A stretch of 64,000 nucleotides of DNA, taken from NCBI GenBank assembly GCA_951406725.2, contig OX597841.1, positions 16,926,001-16,990,000 on the forward strand, in the 5' to 3' direction. The stretch is from Octopus vulgaris. Its lineage: Eukaryota. Shown in pieces: positions 55,965 to 64,000 of the stretch; the first letter of the stretch is position 1; every line of letters begins with the position of its first letter. The position numbers were made by a program, and so were the translations under genes. The notes beneath the pieces are model-generated. The model was not told the DNA's origin. It made no database searches and was given only the letters and a program-made list of their open reading frames with translations.

Positions 55965-57015
55965 GGATCTTTTCTGAAAGATGGACAGAATTTCTACTTA
56001 ACTAAATAATTTGAAACTTCGTATACTGGTAGAATGTGTCAAAAGAAAACATTAATTTCAACTAGTTTTTTTGAGAAAATTGTATTTCGTAACTTTTACG
56101 TAGTTTAATTCTTCGAATTTCAACCAATGAAATCCCAGCATTTGAGCTAAATTCATTTGCTGCGTCTAAGTAAACAGCAGACACATACACACGCACACGT
56201 GTTATTCATCCATCACTTCTGTCTTCTGTCTTCTGCAGGTGCTAGAAATAACAGCTATATCTCTTAAATCGATGAATTTCGTCGCCCAATAAAAATATTA
56301 ACGATATTTTTTGGTCTTTTAAAACATGTCCGTATTCGTTCCGCTTTCGCAGGACATCCATTTTTTTTGCGGTTTCCACGCATTGTCTTGTTATCTATAT
56401 ATATAAAAGTGAAGTTGTGTGAGTGTCTGTCTCCTACGATTTAGATTCCTAACTACTCCCACATTTTGCGGTGCAGTTTAACCAAAACCGGGTATCTTAT
56501 AGTCGTGATTCATATCGAGCCCTTCTGGGTATTAGCGCGCGTCTATGATGAGTCTACGATTTAAAAAAAAAATTTACCATCATTTTTTTCCATTTTAATG
56601 CATTTTTCGCTATTATATAAGGGAAGTAACTCTCTAAAAATGTCTACGATGAGTCTACGATTTAAAAAAAAAATTTACCATCATTTTTTTCCATTTTAAT
56701 ACATTTTTCGCTATTATATAAGGGAAGTAACTCTCTAAAAATGTCTACGATGAGTCAACGATTTAAAAAATAATTTACGATAATTTGTTTTCCATTTTTA
56801 ATGCATTTTTTGGCTATAACTCTCTAAAAATGCTTATATAGTTATTTCCCTTACAAACCCGAGCAACGCCGGGCGATACTGCTAGTTTCCTATAAAGTCA
56901 TGCCTAACGCACCACTTACATACTTCACACGCACACACATACACAACAAACACACACAAAAAGTTTCAAATTATTTAGTTAAGTAGAAATTCTGTCGATC
57001 TTTTAGAAAAGATCC
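55965..57015. mobile_element. Non-autonomous DNA transposon, Merlin-like (MULE not excluded)
   Basis: ~54-bp TIRs starting GGATCTTTTCT; 8-bp TSD CCGGCAAG at 55957-55964 and 57016-57023. Confidence 0.85.
56394..56885 (+). mobile_element. Non-autonomous Helitron
   Basis: A|TCTATATATATAAAA ... hairpin CCCGAGCAACGCCGGG ... CTAG|T; no TSD; internal ~106-bp tandem repeats. Confidence 0.9.
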
Positions 57016-57023
57016 CCGGCAAG

Positions 57024-57209
57024 TTCAGAAAGAGAGGGCGTAGGCTCATTACATGGCCCCCAGTGTTTCACTGGTATTTCATTTATCGACCCCGAAAGGA
57101 TGAAAGAGAAAAGTCAACCCCGGCGGAATTTGATCTCAGAACAAAAAAACGGGAAAAATGCCGATAAGCAATTTGCCAAGCGTGCTAAAGATTCTGCCAG
57201 CTCGCAGCC

Positions 57210-57211
<2 letters not shown>
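57024..57211 (-). mobile_element. Older SINE family B copy whose tail continues at 55938-55956
   Basis: Head GGCTGCGAGCTGGCAGAATC on minus; tail interrupted by the TIR element. Confidence 0.75.
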
Positions 57212-57239
<28 letters not shown>

Positions 57240-57241
<2 letters not shown>

Positions 57242-57542
57242 TAATTCTTTTATTGGCCACAAGGGCTGACACAAATCAATTATCACATAAAGGGACAAAA
57301 CAGGACGAAAGGTTACAAAGGGTTTTGTCCGTTTGTAAAAAAAAACGTGTAAAAAACTGTAACAATCAAAAATTATAACAACGAAGAAGCGTTACGAAAG
57401 GTTCCTGGTGGAAAAAACCCATAAAAGCCAACGGGAGCCTGGTCAAGAGGGGGTAGAGAGCTGCTTTTTCCTTCTATATTAAGTTTTTAAATCACAGGTG
57501 TAACCTCAGAATGGCTCCTTTCATACAGGCCATTCTTGCGAC
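57240..57542 (-). mobile_element. Probable Tx1/L1-type LINE 3' end inserted in (TAA)n
   Basis: Minus strand VARMACMKGAILRLHL* then a UTR ending CAGCCCTTGTGGCCAATAAAAGAA-(TTA)n; clade assignment tentative. Confidence 0.55.
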
Positions 57543-57590
<48 letters not shown>

Positions 57591-57600
57591 GATAATAATA

Positions 57601-57640
<40 letters not shown>

Positions 57641-57641
<1 letters not shown>

Positions 57642-57873
57642 GGCCGCGAGCTTGCAGAAATGTTAGCACACCGTGCGAAATGCGTAGACCTATTTCGTCT
57701 GCCGTTACGTTCTGAGTTCAAATTCCGCCGAGGTCGACTTTGCCTTTCATTTTTTCGGGTTTGATAAATTAAGTACCAGTTACGCACTGGGGTCGATGTA
57801 ATCGACTTAATCTGTTTGCCTGTCCTTGTTTGTCCCCTCTGTGTTTAGCCCCTTGTGGGTAGTAAAGAAACAA

Positions 57874-57923
<50 letters not shown>

Positions 57924-58320
57924 GGCTGCGAGCTGGCAGAAACGTTAGCACGCCGGGCGAAATGCGTAGCCCTATTTCGTCTGCCGTTACGTTCTGAGTT
58001 CAAATTCCGCCGAGGTCGACTTTACGTTTCATCCTTTCGGGTTTGATAAACTAAGAACCAGTTACGCACTGGGGTCGATGTAATCAACTTAATCCGTTTG
58101 TCTGTCCTTGTTTGTCCTCTCTGTGTTTAGCCCCTTTTGGGTAATAAAGAAATGGGCATTTCGTATGTCTTTACGTTCTGAGTTCAAATTCCACCGAGGT
58201 CGACTTTGCCTTTCATCCTTTCGGGGGCGATAAATTAAGTACCAGTTGCGTACTGGGGTCGAGTAATCGACCGGCCCCCTCCCCCAAAAATTCGGGCCTT
58301 GTACCTAGAGTAGAAAAGAA
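57641..58320 (+). mobile_element. SINE family B: monomer (57641-57870) and head plus two bodies (57923-58320), in (TTA)n
   Basis: Homology; the last body carries a different tail. Confidence 0.9.
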
Positions 58321-58477
58321 TATCATTATTATTATTATTGAGTGAGTAAGTAAGAGAGCAGTGCACGCCATCAAAGTGACACTGGGGTATAATATACGAA
58401 GCCCAATATACCCATTATGACTACCCGTCTGCTAACGGTAGACTAGGCACATGCATCACAACCATATGTGCACGACG

Positions 58478-58631
58478 AGTGGCTGAGTGGTAAGTAGCTT
58501 GTTTACGAACCAGACGGTTCCGGGTTCAGTCCCACTGCGTATCACCTTGGGCAAGTATCTTCTACTATAGCCTCGAGCCGACCAAAGCCTCGTGAGTGGA
58601 TTTGGTAGACGGAAACTGAAAGAAGCCCGTC

Positions 58632-58719
<88 letters not shown>

Positions 58720-58931
58720 GTGTGTCTGTGTTTGTCCCCCTAGCATTGCTTGACAACCGATGCTGGTGTGTTTATGTCCCCGTTACTTAGCGGTTCGGCA
58801 AAAGAGACCGATGGAATAAGCACTGGGCTTACAAAAGAATAAGTCCCGGGGTCGAGTTGCTCGATTAAAAGGCGGTGCTCCAGCATGGCCGCAGTCAAAA
58901 TGACTGAAACGAGTAAAAGAGTAAAAGAGTA
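58478..58931 (+). mobile_element. SINE family A
   Basis: Homology to other copies. Confidence 0.9.
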
Positions 58932-59084
58932 TGGCACTTGAATTCAAAACTTGATTGCGAAGATAGTTGTGGAAACCCTTCTCTTGCCGGTCGAGATTCA
59001 TGCCAGCCCCAAGGTAAAGTCTTGTTTATATTTCTATCGATAGGAATTTGTTCCCCTGACGAGGCGAGTGGGTCCCATGGGATG

Positions 59085-60560
59085 GATGGAAGCACTCCGT
59101 CGGTAACGACGATGAGGGTTCCGGTTGATCCGAATCAACGGAACAGCCTGCTCGTCAAATTAACGTGTAAGTGGCTGAGCACTCCACAGACATGTGTACC
59201 CTTAACGTAGTTCTCGGGGATATTCAGCGTGACACAGAGAGTGACAAGGCCGGCCCCTTCGAAATACAGGTACAACAGAAACAGGAAGTAAGAGTGAGAG
59301 AAAGTTGTGGTGAAAGAGTACAGCAGGGATCACCACCATCCCCTGCCGGAGCCTCGGATGGAAGCACTCCGTCGGTAACGACGACGAGGGTTCCGGTTGA
59401 TCCGAATCAACGGAACAGCCTGCTCGTCAAATTAACGTGTAAGTGGCTGAGCACTCCACACACACGTGTACCCTTAACGTAGTTCTCGGGGATATTCAGC
59501 GTGACACAGAGAGTGACAAGGCCGGCCCCTTCGAAATACAGGTACAACAGAAACAGGAAGTAAGAGTGAGAGAAAGTTGTGGTGAAAGAGTACAGCAGGG
59601 ATCACTACCATCCCCTGCCGGAGCCTCGGATGGAAGCACTCCGTCGGTAACGACGGCGAGGGTTCCGGTTGATCCGAATCAACGGAACAGCCTGCTCGTC
59701 AAATTAACGTGTAAGTGGCTGAGCACTCCACAGACATGTGTACCCTTAACGTAGTTCTCGGGGATATTCAGCGTGACACAGAGAGTGACAAGGCCGGCCC
59801 CTTCGAAATACAGGTACAACAGAAACAGGAAGTAAGAGTGAGAGAAAGTTGTGGTGAAAGAGTACAGCAGGGATCACCACCGTCCCCTGCCGGAGCCTCG
59901 GATGGAAGCACTCCGTCGGTAACGACGACGAGGGTTCCGGTTGATCCGAATCAACGGAACAGCCTGCTCGTGAAATTAACGTGTAAGTGGCTGAGCACTC
60001 CACACACACGTGTACCCTTAACGTAGTTCTCGGGGATATTCAGCGTGACACAGAGAGTGACAAGGCCGGCCCCTTCGAAATACAGGTACAACAGAAACAG
60101 GAAGTAAGAGTGAGAGAAAGTTGTGGTGAAAGAGTACAGCAGGGATCACTACCATCCCCTGCCGGAGCCTCGGATGGAAGCACTCCGTCGGTAACGACGG
60201 CGAGGGTTCCGGTTGATCCGAATCAACGGAACAGCCTGCTCGTGAAATTAACGTGTAAGTGGCTGAGCACTCCACACACACGTGTACCCTTAACGTAGTT
60301 CTCGGGGATATTCAGCGTGACACAAGAGAGTGACAAGGCCGGCCCCTTGAAATACAGGTACAACAGAAACAGGAAGTAAGAGTGAGAGAAAGTTGTGGTG
60401 AAAGAGTACAGCAGGGATCACCACCATCCCCTGCCGGAGCCTCGTGGAGCTTTTAGGTGTTTTCGCTCAATAAACACTCACAACGCCCGGTCTGGGAATC
60501 GAAACCGCGATCCTACGACCGCGAGTCCGCTGCCCTAACCACTGGGCCATTGCGCCTCCA
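59085..60560 (-). mobile_element. SINE family C concatemer: one tRNA head plus five 272-bp bodies
   Basis: Units start at 59085, 59357, 59629, 59901 and 60173; head ~60445-60560; monomer at 34040-34427. Confidence 0.95.
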
Positions 60561-61028
60561 CCAATGTTATAATAGGCGATACGGACGTTTGTATTAAAAA
60601 AAACTCTACATAAAGTCCCATAAGTGGGTACCAAACGCCGAATTTGCAATAGAGAATTAACCAGTTATTTTCAAGTTGTGGATTCTATTTGCCATGTCGC
60701 CCGAAGACAGTTTTTATCGTGAGGAGAAATAATATGAGTGTCATAATGGTTTTATAGCGGTTTTTGGCTGCTATTTTTAACATGTACGGGTGTCTTTACC
60801 ATCTCAGTTATAATTGTGACTTGTTCATAATTATAAACGTTTTCTTCTTTATATTTTGTAAGTTTAGTCATTGATATATTCATAAATAATCATAATTATT
60901 TATAATATATACTCCGTAATGTTTGTACAGTACTTTCTACTTTACACATATATATATATATATATAACACGATCTCAGATCAGGTTTATTGCTATGCAAG
61001 CCCATCTCCGTAACATCTATCTATCTAC

Positions 61029-61175
<147 letters not shown>

Positions 61176-61458
61176 CGTGCGTTTAAAAATAATAGCTATA
61201 TCCTTCATACATACATACATACATACATGCATGCATGCATGCATGCATGCATGTATGTATGTATGTATGTATGTATGTATGTATGTATGTATGTATGTAT
61301 GTATGTATGTATGTATGTATGTATGTATGTATGTATGTATGTATGTATGTATGTATGTATGTGTATATATATATATATATATATGAAGGATATAGCTATT
61401 ATTTTTAAATAGGAATAATAATATCTGTGGCTTGCTTGCAAAAATTAATATAAATTTA

Positions 61459-61493
<35 letters not shown>

Positions 61494-61515
61494 ATGTATT
61501 TATAATTATATGTTA

Positions 61516-61583
<68 letters not shown>

Positions 61584-61587
<4 letters not shown>

Positions 61588-61671
61588 GCTTAGTAAAATA
61601 AATTATTTTGCCACATACTGAACTCATTAGAGTTCAGTATGTGGCAAAGTAATTTATTTTACTAAGCCCTT
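61584..61671. repeat. Near-perfect inverted repeat, 42-bp arms with 4-nt loop
   Basis: AAGGGCTTAGTAAAATAAATTATTTTGCCACATACTGAACTC-ATTA-reverse complement with one mismatch. Confidence 0.95.
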
Positions 61672-61766
61672 TTATATAATGTAATATTTTGAATTCGCCT
61701 ATAATGGTCCCTTTACATACTTGGTGAAATTGATTAATAATTAATTAATTTTACCCTCAATTGTTG

Positions 61767-61813
<47 letters not shown>

Positions 61814-61846
61814 CCATTTCAACACGTCCTGCACCGCTCCCTCGTA

Positions 61847-62361
61847 CCGTAAATCCACGGTCCGCCCTTGAGTATAATACGCAGGGGATTTTTCGGGGGC
61901 TGTACCTCTGAAAAACCTAAACCTTGTGTATAATATGCACCCCTTCTCTAACTTGAGTCGTGCGTAATTAAGCCAGTAACATCTAGTCGAACAAACACTT
62001 CCGCGCATGCGTAATGCAATAATGGTGATGTTCTTAACTGATATATGGGAATGTAAATATGTTTGCAAATTGTATTTGTTACATGTTATTCTGGGTTCTG
62101 AATACTTTTATTTTAATAAATGTTGCTTACTGCAAGTTATGGATGATTCTTTTATGACTTCATTGCTTTCAGGCTTAGCTTAAGGTATTTTCGCGCCTGA
62201 CATCACAAAATGTGTCTGAATAAACATTGCTGGACAGCAAATAGAGTCTCGGACATTGCCTAGAAAATATTTTTCATTTTTAACCTCGTATAAAGTACAC
62301 TCTAGGGATATTAGCCTTTAAATTTTGGGGGGAAATGCGGATTATACTCGAGGATTTACAG
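61847..62361. mobile_element. pogo/Tigger-like MITE
   Basis: TA-CCGTAAATCC...GAGTATAAT.CGCA and TGCGGATTATACTCGAGGATTTACAG-TA ends. Confidence 0.7.
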
Positions 62362-62769
62362 TAGGTGGGAAATGATACATTGAATTCCAAATACACCTGC
62401 ATCGCTTGTCAAGCGATGGTGGTGTTGGAGGGACAAATACAGAGTCGGGCTTCTTTCCGTTTCCGTCTACCAAATCCACTCACAAGGCTTCGGTCGGCCC
62501 GAGGCCATAGTAGAAGACACTTGCCCAAGGTGCCACGCTGTGGAACGGTAACTGGAACCATATGGTGTGATGTGGGATAAATCTGGCTGATTTTCCTCCC
62601 AGATCTAGCAAATGAGTAGAGGTCACCAGTGTATGAATTGAAGAAGATAGGATAGATTTGGTTGCTATTTCTAATAGGTCCAGGTACCATGTTGAGGTCG
62701 CCCTCGTTGGCTCATACATACCTACAAACATACATAATGCATTCGTGAGTTGCAAGGGAAGTTGCTTCA

Positions 62770-62998
62770 GGACTCATAAGGGCCGGTTTCCCTGTTTAAA
62801 TGGCGTGTATATTCCCCCACCTGGATGGGACGCTAGCGCACCGCAGGATTACTCACTGTTGCCAGATGAGTCGAACTGGAGCAATGTGAAATGAAGTGCT
62901 TTGCTCAAGAACACAATGTGTTGCCCGGTCCAGGAATCGAAACCACAATCTAACGCTTGATGAGTCCAACATCTTAACCACTAAGCCACGCACCTCCA
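62770..62998 (-). mobile_element. tRNA-headed SINE whose tail end resembles that of the 49433 subfamily
   Basis: Head GGAGGTGCGTGGCTTAGTGGTTAAG..GTTTCGATTCC on minus; CTCATAAGGGCCGGTTTCCC shared with 6450-6470. Confidence 0.75.
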
Positions 62999-63086
62999 CA
63001 TTAGACTGTGGTCTAAAGGAGATTTGGCTGGTGTTTCTAACAGATCTAGTTACCGCTTAGAGCTTCCTATCATTGGTTCATATATT

Positions 63087-63299
63087 ACTCTCTTTTACTT
63101 GTTTAAGTCATTTGACTGTGGCCATGCTGGAGCACCACTTTTTTAGTCGAGCAAATCGACCCCAGGACTTATTCTTTGTAAGCCTAGTACTTATTCTATC
63201 GGTCTATTTTGCCGAACCGCTAAGTGACGGCGACGTAAACACACCAGCATCGGTTGTCAAGCAATGCCAGGGAGACAAACACAGACACACAAACATAGA

Positions 63300-63341
<42 letters not shown>

Positions 63342-63711
63342 CATATATACGACGGGCTTCTTTCAGTTTCCGTCTACCAAATCCACTCACAAGGCTTTGG
63401 TCGGCCCGAGGCTATAGTAGAAGACACTTGCCCAAGGTGCCACGCAGTGGGATTGAACCCGGAACCATGTGGTTCATAAGCAAGCTACTTACCACACAGC
63501 CACTTCTACGCCTTTATACTTTATTTTTTTTATCTTTTACTTGTTTCAGTCATTAGACTGCGGCCAGGCTGGGGCACCGCCTCGAAGAATTTTCATTCGA
63601 ATGAATTGACTCTAGGATTTAAATTTTTGAAGCCTGGTACTTATTCTATCAGTCACTTTTACCGAACTGCAAAGTTACGGAGACGTAAAACGGTGGTGGG
63701 GGACAAGCAAA

Positions 63712-63720
<9 letters not shown>
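63087..63720 (-). mobile_element. SINE family A: full copy (63087-63512) plus older 3' half
   Basis: Homology to other copies. Confidence 0.88.
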
Positions 63721-63746
<26 letters not shown>

Positions 63747-63768
63747 CTCTCTCTCTCACTCTCACTCA

Positions 63769-63799
<31 letters not shown>

Positions 63800-63818
63800 T
63801 ATATATATATATAACGGG

Positions 63819-64000
63819 AAAGTTTACGAAAATAAACAAAAGACGAAGGCAGGTGGAGTACAAACAAACAAATGTATTAGTATAGCGCTCAGGAATAGAA
63901 AAAGTCTTTTACGTTTCGAGCCTACGCTCTTCGACAGAAAGGGACACAGAAAAAAACAAGGAGAGAAACAAAGAGAGAAAAAAATGCGTGTAGGAGCTAA
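63819..64000 (-). mobile_element. Penelope-like terminal-repeat fragment with hammerhead-shaped motif (63904-63945)
   Basis: Minus strand CTTT|CTGTCGA|A-GAGC-GTAG-GCTC|GAAA|CG|TA|AAAG; homologous to 48630-48798. Confidence 0.75.

Noticed and set aside
59171-60298. Four repeated 103-aa ORFs
   Set aside because: By-product of the 272-bp SINE body repeat read antisense to the SINE; not a gene family

Overview
Eukaryotic, AT-rich, repeat-saturated DNA. The SINE families and very dense (TA)n/(CA)n/(TATG)n/(TAA)n microsatellites suggest a coleoid cephalopod, probably Octopus (inference, not checked). I find no intact protein-coding gene, and nearly all ORFs in the supplied track are microsatellite translations. 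Recognisable content: (1) many copies of at least four tRNA-headed SINE families, several forming head-plus-tandem-body concatemers; (2) 3'-end fragments of R4/Dong, RTE, CR1-type and probable Tx1/L1-type LINEs, two of which share their tails with SINEs in this window; (3) remnants or MITEs of mariner, other Tc1/mariner, pogo/Tigger, hAT and Merlin-like DNA transposons, plus a Helitron in a triple-nested insertion; (4) Penelope-like remnants, namely a duplicated YRDDG RT fragment and at least six hammerhead-ribozyme-shaped motifs. One hammerhead (10237-10279) is structurally complete with a compensatory U3-A8 core pair. A few short CpG-rich unique islands may be regulatory, including a possible non-coding exon at about 44.7-45.1 kb. 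Coordinates were read by eye and may be off by a few bases.
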